The notes beneath the pieces were generated by a model. The model made no database searches. It had not been told where the DNA came from and worked only from the letters and a program-made list of their open reading frames with translations. The position numbers and the translations under genes are program-made. Below are positions 30,675 to 42,600 of a stretch of DNA of 64,000 bases, piece by piece; the stretch's first letter is position 1, and each line of letters begins with the position of its first letter. The stretch comes from Caecitellus pseudoparvulus (lineage: Eukaryota; Protista; Bigyra: Bicosoecida): positions 1 to 64,000 of the forward strand of contig CBFFRQ010000094.1 in NCBI GenBank assembly GCA_965644315.1, written 5' to 3'.

Positions 30675-33600
30675 ATGCGAGGCGGCCCGTCAGGCAGGGG
30701 CCTGCTGCCGCCCCCCCACCCGCTTCCACCCGCACCGCGCCTGGACACTGTGCAGGCCGGCGAGCCCAGTGCCAGCGACCGGTGGCGGGACGCCAAGGTG
30801 CAGGCATGCGCCTCCACGCCCGAAGGCCAGTCCCTCGTGCCCTTCGTGGCCAGTGCGCTGCAGCGCCTGCAAGTGCGTGCTGCTGCACCTGCCTCGCGGA
30901 GTTTCGCAACGTCAGCCAGCCTCGCTGCCCGACGCCGCTGCCGCAGAAATCTGGCGACGCCGCCGGCCTGCAGCAAGCCCTGGATGACTTGCACGACAGT
31001 GTGGCGGGCGCTGCGCCCCTCAGCATGAGCCGAGGGGCGTTGTCTTCCCTCCTCACAGAAGCACTTGGCAGCAGCGCTGCGCACTGGCTTCCGTGAGTGG
31101 GCGCTGGCTGCCACCCCCCCTGCGCCGCCACGCGCACCCCCCGCCCCGCTTCCGCCCCACACAGAGCTCTGGGTGTCTCGGCAAGTGCCGAAGGCAGTGT
31201 GGTCTCCCTGCTGCGTTTCGTCAGGGACGGCCTGGCGTCTGGGCATTTGCCGCATGCTGACAGTCTGTGGCGACTGATGGCGCCAGCAGCGTTGCACGTC
31301 AACGTTGCCACGCCCCTCACCATGTCCGCGACAGGGGCAGTGAAGAAGCTCCTCACCTTCGACGCGCCCGTGTCTGCGGCTGGCCTGTCCCTGGTGGCGG
31401 GGGAGTGGTTGGCAGGCGGCGCGGCGAGCACGCACCCCCTCTCCATGGAAGGACTTGCAACTGTGGCGCTCAGCGCACCCTCCACGCCGCTGCCACCCGG
31501 CAGTGTCGTGGCCAGTGGCTGCTCCAAGCACCTGCTTGTGAGCACGGACGCGGGAGGCGCCTGTGTCGTCGCTGGCGACCTGCCTCCTGCGCAGCTGCCC
31601 CAGCCGACGCCCGGCGACGCTCACCAGTGGGCAGCGGTGGACAGCGCGATGGGGGCGACAGGAGACACCTGGGCACTGCTGACACACACCGCCACGGACG
31701 GACACACTCGTCAAGCCTGCCTGGCCCTCTGGCGGGCAGGTGGCGCTGCTCCCGCCGTGCACCTGCTGCCCGAGTCAGCTTGGCGCCACCCAGCCCTGGC
31801 GCCGGGCGGCGAGGCGGCAGGGCCCACCTGCCTCCTGCCCCTCACGCCTCTGCACGCTATGCTGCTGTTGCCCCCGCCTTCGGACGAGTACTTGCCCGCC
31901 CTGCAGGTAGTGCAAGTTGGGGCGGGGCAGGCAAGTGCAGTGGGCGGCCCGCTGCCGCTGCACCCGACACTGCACCGTGCCTGTGCGGACCTCATGGGCC
32001 CATGCAGCGGGGCATGGGCCCACATGCGCCTGCTGGTCGACCCACCCACCGGCCAGCTGTCCATGCTGCTGCCGTGTGGCGAGGGGCGCGTCTGCTCCCG
32101 GTGGGGCGTCCTCACCTGCCCCTCCCACCCCTGCCTGGCGGCAGCCACCGCCCCTGCCCAGACCAGCGGGCCCCTGGCTGCCCCCCTCACAGCCCTTGCC
32201 CTCATGGCCCAGCATGCCGCCTTGACGCTGCGCTTCGGAGCCCTGCGGGGGCCGGAGCAAGTCCAGGCGGCCGACTTCGCTGTGCCACCAGCGCGCACTG
32301 GCAAGGGGCGGGAGGTGGACACCTCGAGCGCCAACAGCGCTGAGGGGGCGTCAAATCCAGGGGAGAGCCCCCCTCGTGAGGCCCCTGCAGATCCCCGCCC
32401 CGCCCTGGTGAAGTTGGAACACACGTACCAGGGTGGCTCTTCCGGCTGGTCTGCTCCAGGGTGGGTGCTGCTGGGCGCCCGCATTGCAGTGCTGTGGGCG
32501 GGGGACCGGTACTACAAAGGCACCGTGGTGAAGTTCGACGCGGCGCAGAAGCGCCACTTTGTCGTGTACGACGACGGCGACCAGCGCTGGTACTCCATGC
32601 GGGACAAGACCTTCCGCGTTCTCTCCCTGCCGCAGCTGAGCAGGGAGGAGAGTGAGCACTTGGAGGAGGTGCGGCAGGAGGCAGAGGCCATCGCCCTGAG
32701 CCTGCAGGAAGAGGAAGTGGGTCAGGCGGAGCAGGAGGAGGCCTCCACGGCGCCCAGCGAGGCCCGAGTTCAGCTGTTGCCAGCGTGGGACGCGGGGGGG
32801 GCCGGCACCCCCCCCGCATCCCCCACCCACTCCGGCCAGCCACACTTGCCACCTCATGTATCTGCATGGCTGTCTCAGAGCGTGGGCGACGTGGAGCAGC
32901 CCTTCAACCCCGATCTTAGATCGTGGGAACCCTTCTGCCTAGACCTGGACTGCCGGGGGGAAGTGGCGGCACTGGCATCCGACTTGCTGTCGGGCCTTGT
33001 GGCTACGGGGAGCCCCGACGCCAGCGTGACCCTGCTGGGGACACTCGACCAGCCGCTTGCCAAGCCCTTGGTGCACCTGGACCCAGCAGTCGCCTCGCAC
33101 GCTGCCGGGCAGGTGCTGGCGCTGGTGTCCCTGTTCGACACCGCATGGCGAGCCAGCGGCGCCAGCAGCGACTTCTTGCAGCCTGGCCAGCGCATGGACG
33201 CCGGCAAGGCTGTCGGCAGTGCGGCAGCGGAGAGTGACCCGGGCGAGCCCCGCCTCATCACGGACGCCGAGGCGGGGGAGAGCAAGGCCTCGCCACGCAG
33301 CTCCCCCACCGCCGTGCCTGCCGCGTTCTTGGAGGCCCTGCCCCAGGCCATGAGCGTACGGCAGGCGTCTGACCAGTTCAACAAGGCTGTCAAGATGCTG
33401 GAGGCCGGCAAGCTGGCAGAGGGTGCCGTGGCCTACTTGCACTTGCTCGCCGCCCACGCGCCCAGCGTCGAGAGCGCGTTCAACCTGGCCTGTGCCTTTT
33501 CCCTCCTGTCAGCGCGGCCTGCTTCTCCGTGGCCCGCGGACACTCTCCAGCAGCTCGCGCTGCGGTGGCTGCGCCTGTCAGAGTCCCTGGGCATGTCTGG

Positions 33601-36600
33601 CCCTTCTCTCGTCACGGGCGACGCAGACTTGCGACCCTTGCACGGCCACCCCGCCTTTGACGAGCTGACGGGTTTCTCCTCCGCCATGCAGCACGTGAGG
33701 GGTGCCATGCTGCAGGCAGGCGCAGCGGGACCCCACACGATGCTCCCATCTCCCTGGTGCCCACCTGTGCGTCCGCCGCTGCTGCTGGGCCAGCACAGCT
33801 TGGACGTCGAGCCCTGGCGCGGGTGGCAGGTCGAGCTGCACCACGTCTGGGCGCTGTCAGCTGCCCTCCTGGCACCACAGCACCTCGGTGCTGCGGCCAA
33901 CGCCGAGGCTTTGGTGGAGCTGGTGCCAGGCGCGGGCGCCCCGCCGCCGGCAGGCGCATCATCGCCGGGTGTCACAGACCAGTCGGCCTGTCCCCCCCAC
34001 CTCCCGTGGCTGTGGCAGTGCCTCACAGACATCGCCCTGATGCCAGGCGTGGACCCCGCTCTGCAAGCTGCGGCCATCTCCGCCCTGGCGGCCGTCGTAC
34101 CAGGCGGCCTCCGCTCCACGGGCCTGACTGCCATCTCCACACTCACCAGTCACATCCTCAGCCAGACCTCACCCTCCGTGCCGCTGCTGCTGCGCAAACT
34201 GCTGCAGGTGCCTGTGTTCCAAGAAACCACTGGACGCACGGTGCCCCTGTCCGCAGTGCTGGCGGCCTCTGCCCACGGTCCCTCCATGCTGCGTGCCCTG
34301 TGGGAGGGGTGTGTGACGCCGCCCCCTTCGCAGTTGACGGTGGGGGCACAGGGCACGGGGACCGCACCGCCCCTGCCATCCTCCGCCGTGGACAGCGGCA
34401 GCGTCGCCCTCATCGCACAGTTGCAAGGGGAGGTGTTGGCAGACCCCTCCGCACTGAGCGGGGAGGGTGGCTCCCCCCCTCCTCAGCCAGGCAAACCAGC
34501 CCCCCCCCCGACAGCCCCCCCCTTGGCACGCGCCAGGCAGTACCTGCACCTTGTCCTCACCTGCACTGGGCAGGGCGCAGGCCCGCGCTTGACGCTGGAA
34601 GACTCTGGCCTGGCTCGGCTGCTGCGACACGCCGTGCACTTCCTCGCGACACACGCGCGGCGCCTCGTCGCGGCTCGAAGCGCAGACGAGCCGCCCCTCG
34701 TGGCCTGCACAAGCCACCTGCTGCAGACCCTCACTGCCCGGGCCAGTGCCCTGTCGCCTGCCGGTCAACGGCGGCTACTGGGCGTCGTGCCAGCGCTGGC
34801 CCTTGCCTGCCGCCGCCTGGCAGAGTCCCCCGACCCACGCCTGCGCCCCAGCCCGCTGGAGACCCGTCTGAACTGCTTCTCGGCGTGCTGGGGCGCCGTG
34901 CACCTGCTCGGGGATGTCACCAGCGCCGATGCGGATAGCCTGCCTGCCGCGTGTGCTGCTCTGCTGCAGGTGGAGGAGGCGGCCGCGCCTGACACGCTCA
35001 AGGCTCTGCTGGCGCCACTGGCGAGGAAGGGCGTGCGCCCACCGCTGTTGCCGCCGTCGCTCCGCTCCCTGCACGCGTCAGCCACCTTGGCTGCGTTGGC
35101 GGCGTTGGCAGCACGTTGCACACCGGCTGAAGCACGCCCGGAAGGCATGCGCTGGCTGGCAACCCCAGCTCAACTGGACTCTGACAGTCCCGGGCTAGAC
35201 GCCTTTGCGTCCCTGGCCCGAACCAGCCTGCAGGTGGGCCAGTGGTGTATGCGCAGAGCACAGGCGGCCCGCGCCCTGCCTCTCATGGCAGCCTGGGCTG
35301 GGCGGGACCAGGGGGGCAGCTTCCTGGAACACTGTCAGGTACTGGCCCGCTGGTTGCAAGGGGATGCGTCGGTGCAGGGCCAGCTGCCGGAGGAGGTGAA
35401 GGAGGCCGTGCAGAGCGGCGGGGGTGGCGGCAGGGTGCTGGAAGCGGTGTGCCTCACGCCGCCCGTTCTGGCGGCGCTGAAGGGTGGCAGTCGCTCCGCA
35501 GGCATCTTGCACGCGCTGGAGACCTCCTGTGCCACCGCCACAGCGCCGTACCTCCCCAGCTCCCTGGCGGATGCAGACGTAGGCAAGGAGAGCGCCGCCT
35601 CGGCCCTGTGCCGTGTGTTGGTGCAGGTTGACGTGGACTTCGCAGGGGCGCCGCTGGCGGCTGTGCGGGAGCGAGCTCGCCTGCTGTGTGCCTGCAGTGG
35701 CGGGGCAGTCCTGGCGTCACGGGATGGCGTGGAGCGTTTCCTGTCGTCCCCCTGCATCCCTACCCTGGTCCCAGCGCTGGCCGTGGAGCCGACGCCGTCG
35801 TCACACCCCCACTTGATGCCGGACATCTGCCGCCGCCACAGCGCCCGGGTGGCCCACGCGAAGGAACGGCACAGCGCCATTGCTGCCTGCCTGCCCCAGC
35901 TGCTGGCAGCGTGGCAGGGGGGGGATGCCACCGCCTCTGCCGCCGGGCTGGCTGCCCTGCCCACCATGCTGGCCGCGTTGGCAGGCAGCACGGAGCTCGC
36001 CCGGCAGCCTGACGTGGGGCTGGTGTTCAGTGGGGATGTGGTGGACCAGGAAGTCCCCGCGCCCGAAGCCATGCCGGGCAGCATGTCCCTGGACGGCTTT
36101 GCGCCTCGGCAAACGGCACACCTGCAGCAGGACAACGCAGCACACTGCCTGGATCTCCTGCAGGCCTGCAGCACTCAGCTGCAGCGCCGTGGGCCAGTCC
36201 CACCCGCAGTGCTCCTTGCAGCGCTGCAGGCCTTGCCTGCAGCCACAGCCCAGTTGGCAGACAGCCCAGACTCCCCACGTAGTGTGCCAGTGCTAGTGTC
36301 GCTTCGAGACGCCTTGCTGCTCGGCTTCGCGAGGGGGACTGCAGGGTCACCGCTCGTTGGTGCGTTTCAGCAGGTGCTTGTGTGCCTGGATGCCGCCCTC
36401 TCCGCCGCAGCCAGTGTTGACGCACCCAGCACTGTCGTGCAAGCAGCTCTGCAGGCGTGCAGCGCCGCAGCGGGGGCGAGGCTGGCCTTGCTGGAGCCCG
36501 CGGCACAGGCCGCGCGCACGACCAGCGCCGGCGCCACGGCTGCCGACGCAGACAGAAAGGAGGAGGAGGTCGAGCTGGGCGAGACGGAGTCCAAGGACGC

Positions 36601-39600
36601 TGGGCAGGGGCCTGGTCCGGGACGGGGCCCCGTTCTCACCGCGTCGGACCACGCTGCGTGGCTGGCAGCAGAGAGCTGCCTGTGGCTGGACTTGGCGTTT
36701 GCAGTGGGCCGGGCGCGGGAAGGCGCTCAAGTTTCCGAGAGCTTGCTGCAAGGGCTGCTGCAGGCGCTGACGTCGCCGGCGCTGCACTCCCCCACCGGCC
36801 CGCCTGGGGATGTCCCCGCCCACCACAGTGGCAGTGCCAGCAAGGCCCACCCCCTGCTGAGTCCACGAGTGCGCCTGCTGGGACTGCGCTTGCTGGAGCT
36901 GTGTCTGCCGCACGTGCCGCCCAGCGCCGTGGGCGACGCAGTGCCGGGCTTGCTGGGCCTCGCCCGAAGCGTGTCTGAGCTGTGCCTGACCCAGGCCGGC
37001 GCCTGGCCCTGCTATGAAGTGCGTGGCAGCGGGGGCTCCTCCACCGCCTGGCTGTGGCGTGCAGTGCAGGGCGCCCTGCAGGGCCTGGTCGCGACCTGTG
37101 GTCGCTCGTGGGCCATGACAGCGCCCCAGCACATGCTCACGGCAGTGCCTGCCACGGCTCCTCCCGTGCAGCCCTTCCCGGCAGTGCCCCCACCGACGCC
37201 CATGCCAGCCTCTGGCATCGCCAGTGGCTCCGCCAGCAACAGTGTCGCCATCGCCCTCAGCTCACACGCCGGCATCACTGCTGCGCAGAACATCCTGGAG
37301 GCGCTGGCCAAGGCCAGCCCTGTCTCCGGATCTGGCGGCGGCAGTGGCAGCGGTGGCAGTGCTCGGGAAGCCTTGTTGCGCCGCCTGCCGTTCGGCTCCG
37401 GAGCAGACGGCATGCTGGGCGACCTGCTCCGGCGAGTGATTGGGCGGGAAGGAGGCTCCTCGCCCACCGGCGCTCGAGAGGAGAGTGCCCAGGCGGGGGG
37501 CATGCTGGGGCTGCGGGAGTCCCTCGCGTATTACGCCACATCCTGGGGCATCCCGTCCGATGCCCCCCTCAACCTCCCCCTCTTCACAGAGCATGTGCCT
37601 GGCGGCAGTGTCAGCTGCGCCCTCACCCTGGTGCTGCGGCTGACGGCCGGGGAGGGAGGGGCGCCTCCCGTCCCGTGCATTTGCCCAGCAGTTGTCTGGA
37701 CTGCACAGTCGTCCACCATGACGCCCCTCCTGGTGTCCTTGCAACACAAGCTGGGCGTCACACACACCCCGGCAGTGCACTCGTTGCTGACCACTGCCGA
37801 GCCAGTGGCACCCCTAGCCGCCGTGGTGCTGGATGCACAGCAGGCGGGCAGACGCGTTCACAGGCTGCATGTGCCTGGCGCACGCACCAGCAGCCAGCCA
37901 GCTGCCATCCTTCGCTGTGACGCCCTCCCAGTGGCCCGTGCCCTGCTGGGCATGGATGGCGCGGCTGAGATGCCCTTGCGGACAGTGTGGCAAGTGCGTG
38001 AGGTGGGCCAGCTGGCAGGGGGCTTCAGCGCGCTCAAGACGCTCCTGCCGACCCCCCTTCCCTCCGGCACGTACTTGGCTTCCCCCACTGGCACCCAAGG
38101 CGGAAAGTCAGCGGCACAGGGCGGCAGGGGTGGTGGCAGTGCCCGGGCCAGACCCAGTGCCCGCCCAGCCCACGACCGCGTCGCCGCTGCAACGCAGACA
38201 GAGCTTCGCCGCATTCTCATCGCCCGCCTGGCTCGTGAGTACCCAGATGTGGCGGGCAGTGGGGGGGACGAGGGCGGCGCTGGGCACAGCGCACCCCCCG
38301 AGGCAACCCAGCTCAACCCCCAAGCTGCCATGCTCGCTCGCATGCTGGGCATCCCGCCCGCCCTGGCCAGCCGCCTGCAGCCTGCTGCAGGGGGTGCCCG
38401 TGGCAGCGGCTTCCCCGGCTCTTCCTTGCTGGGCGCACTGCATGGGCCCGAGTCCCGGCTCCTGGCAGCCATGACGGGGGCGCCACCCCCTGCGCAGCCA
38501 CAAGGCGCCCCCCACAGCACGCCAGGGAGCACCTCCGGCGGCACAGTCGACTTGGACCGCGCGGACGCCCTGGCAGAGCTGGCTCAGGACGAGTTCACCC
38601 TGGACGGTGGCACGGCGTCCCCCTCCCGTAGCACGCACAGCGGTGGCAGCGAGGAGCCGAGCAGCCGGTCGCTGCTGCCCGGCAGTCGCCCCAACGCCCC
38701 ACACTCCGTCATCCTGCGCATCCCCATGACAGGCAGCCGGCGCCACCAGCTGGACGCGCTGGCAGCCCTCGCGACACGGGCCCTGAAGAGCTCAGACTTC
38801 CCCAGCACTGCCCTGGACACCCTGCGCGTGTCTCTTGGGCGGCAGCTGCAGGCATCTGTGGATGCCGGCAAGGACGTCGCGACTGCGGTGGTGGCCAGCG
38901 GGCCACTCGCCCTCTGCCACAGCATTGCCGTGGAGCTGGCCCGCACGGGGCTGCTGGCAGACCTGCAGCCCATGGCCTCCGTCGCCCCGCCGTCAGCCGC
39001 CCTGGCCCTCAACGAGCCGGGCGCAGATGCCGCCGCAGCTGTGCGCTTGGTGCCGTGGGGCGACGGGGGGCATGCGCTGGAGGAGCTGGGGGCGGTGGCA
39101 GACATCCTAGCTGCCCTGTCTCACGCCACAGCGTGGGAAGAGCAGGGCATCTCCGACGTGGTGCTGGGGCAGGCCGAGGCGGGCGTGCCCAGCGCCTTGG
39201 CATGCCTTGGCGGACACCCCAGTGTCCTGGGCGCCTTGCGGGCAAACCAGGTCGTGCGCCTGCTGCCCACCACCATGACCCTGGACCCAGACACGGCGCA
39301 CGCCATGCCTGCAGGTGGTCGGGTGGAGCCCGAGGTGTGGCTGGACAACCCCCGCAATATGCGTGTGTGGAGGAGGGGGGTGGACGCCGGCGAGGACAGC
39401 CTGGGGCTGACGCATGCGCTCGGTGGAGCTCTGGTGCGCCTGGTGCGTCGGCTGCCTTCCGGGGGCATCTTGGTGGCAGTGGAGCGCAGCACTGCCCCCG
39501 CCACACACGGTGTCGTACTGGAGGTGGCGCAGCGGCACCTGGCCCCAGTGCCCAGCCCCGCTGCACGGCACATGCAGGGGTTGTCCGTGAGCGGGGTGGG

Positions 39601-42600
39601 AAGCGTGCCCAGCCCCACACTGCAGCACATGTCGTGTGTACGCCTGGGCAGCGCAGGTCGCGTCTCTTCAGCTCTGCACACAGCCATCGCGGCCGTGGAG
39701 AGCGGGCGGCCTGCACGGCTGCTGCCTGGCGCATTCGCCCTTGCCACCCTCCTCGTAGGGGGTGCCGTGCAACCAGCACACCTGACAGAGGCCATGGCAG
39801 GCGCACCTGCTCTGCACAGTGCGCTGCGGGCTCTCGCAACACTGCCTGCGCCGTCGTGGGCCAGCGCGCTGCCGCCCACGTCAGGCCAAGCCTCGGCCGC
39901 ACTCGCAGCGGCAGCGTCCTGGCAAGCCTTGCAGGTGTGGCGTGACGGGGGCGGTGAGGGAGGCACCTCGCCCAGTCTGCAGCCTCTCACACCCAGTGCA
40001 GAGGCTGCCGCAACGGCTGCCTTGACCGACCTGCCCCTGGCACTGGACCCCACTTGCCTGTGCCACTCTGTGCAGTTGCTGCCACCCGAGGCAGCAACTG
40101 CATCGAGCGGACTGCCAACGTGGCCGCCAAGCACCCCCCGCACTTCCCCTGCTGTGCGCTTTTGCGGGTTCCAACCCGTGAAGGTCGACCCACGGCGGGG
40201 CGAGCGTGCGCCTCACAGGGTGAGCGACGACTTCGTGTTCCGCACTGCCAAGCCGTGGCCCATGTCTGGCCCTGTATGGGGGCACCGCCGCTTCCTGTAC
40301 TTCGAAGTTGGCGTGACCCACGCTGAGCGGGGCACTGAGGCCCCCGCACCCCAGGTCATGGCAGGCCTGTGGGTGAACACGCCCGGCGGGGTAGGTGCGG
40401 GGGACACTGGGTGCACCTGGGGCCCTGGGTGCATTGCGTACAGCGGCAGTGATGGGCGCTTGGCCCGGTGGCGTGCCGTGGTGCCAGACAGCCTCCTGAC
40501 CCCCACCGCCGAGGCTGGGCCCAGTGTCACCCACACGACGTCTCCATGCCTTGGCCCCGCCGCTGCCCCAGGCGCACCCACCACTGACTCCACGCCCTCT
40601 GCCATACCAGAGCAGACTGCGCCACCCACAACCGTGGGAGGCATCGCCTTCGAAGTGGGTGCGATGGTGGATGTGAAGGACTTGCACTCCGAGCCCACCT
40701 GGCGCCCCGGCATCATCCAGGCCGTGCAGGGCGACGACGTGAAGGTGCACTACCTGGGCTGGGACGCGTCGTGGGACGAGACGCTGCCACGTTCCTCAGA
40801 GCGCCTGGCGCCCCCGGGCTCCCACTCCCGTGGTGCGACGCCCACGGGATACATGCAGCGCCTGCCGTACGGCTCCGTGTGGGGGCAGCGGGGGGACACA
40901 GTGGGCGTCCTTCTGGACCGCGCCACTGCCACGCTGGCCTTCACCCTGAATGGCGTGTACCAAGGCGTGGCTGCGCGGGGCGTGCGGGGCCGCTTCCACC
41001 CCGCCTTCTCCACCACAAACCCCTCCGCCACGCTGTGCCTCAACACGGGCGGGCTGCCATTTGTGTGGCCAGACGCCCCGCCACCGCTGGGAGAGCAGCC
41101 CACCCCCTCAGCGCACGCGGAAGCCCTGGCTGCACTGCCGCAGCCCGAGCCCGAGGATGAAGCATTTGAGGCTGCAGAAGCGGCCGCTCACGCTGCTTTG
41201 CTGGCGTCAGCTGAGGAGGCAGAAGCTCAGGCCCAAGCAGCGGCCCAGGCTGCCCGTTCCCGCCCTGTCGCATACCCACACGCTGAGCGCCGTAATACGG
41301 CCATGGAGCTGAAGGAGATGATGCCGCCTGAGCTGCGCGTGGAGCTCGTCATGCGGGTCCTGGCGTCCGCCCACGATTCACGGGAGCAGGCCGCAGAGTT
41401 CCTGCTCATGCGGGGAGGCAGCATGCTGGGGGCGACAGCACAGGCCGACGCCCTGGCTGACGAAGAGGCGCAGCGCTACAAGAACTGCACCTTCCTGGAG
41501 GCCAGCTACACCAACAGCGCCCGCACAAGCCACCTGCTGCCACACACACTGTCAGGGTTCGGCGGCGTGCCTCCCCCGGCACCCGGCATGGCCCTGCCAG
41601 TGGTGGCTGCCGAGCCGCTGCAGGCCGACGAGCCGCTCGTGAACGCGGAGGAGGTGGCCGGCAAGTGGGCACTGGTGCACCGTGGGGCGTGCACGTTTGT
41701 GACGAAGATGCGGCACGCCCAGGCTGCCGGCGCAGCGGGCGTGATCCTGGTGAACTCTGAGGGCTCAGAGCCCTTCATCGCCAACGCGGGGACGGAGAAC
41801 GTGGCAAACCTCACCATCCCTATGTTGCTCGTCAGCCACGCCAAGGGCACTGCCCTGCAGGCGGATGCAGAGGGCGACTCGGGGTTGGTGGTCACGGCCC
41901 GAGTCGGCCTGCGGCCGCCCCCCCCCGGCGCCACCAGCTCGGTCCGTGCAGAGCCTGTGGCCGACACAGGCGCAGCGGCGCCAGGCAGTGCTGAGGACAG
42001 TCCCAGTGGGACTGCCGAGTCAGCGTCGCCGCCGCCCAGCAAGGCCGCGCCGCTGGCCCTGGAAGAGTGCATTCACCACACCGGCTACGGCTGTGGTCCT
42101 GAAGGGCCCCTGGTGCTGGGCAGTGTGGCATCCCGGGAGGCGGCAGACGCCTGCCTTGGGCGGGAACCGGGGCAAGTCGGCCCGCACTGGACGCCATCTG
42201 CAGACGCAGTGGTGCACCCACAGGCGCCAGTGGGTGCTCTCTCCCGCTACGCTGCCTCCTTGTTAGATGCAGATGCAGTGTTGGCGGGCCAGGGAGCAGG
42301 TGTGCCTGCAGCAGACGGGGGCACCGCTGGCTTGCAAGTGGGTGACGCAGGCACAGCGGCAGGGCCAGGGCGCGCCGGTGCTGCCTCTGAGCAGTCTGCC
42401 GTGGACGCCTGGTTGGCGAATGTGCAGAACCAGATGGCCAGGCGGCGTGTGCCAGGGGGCATGGTGACGATGGTCACGGGCATGCTGCGCGAGGGAGGCG
42501 AGAACCAGATGGCCATGGCACGCAGCATGCTGGCAGACATCGGCATCACGCTGCCGCCCCGCCCTGAGACAGAGACTGCCCAGGCAGCCGGTGCCGGGCG

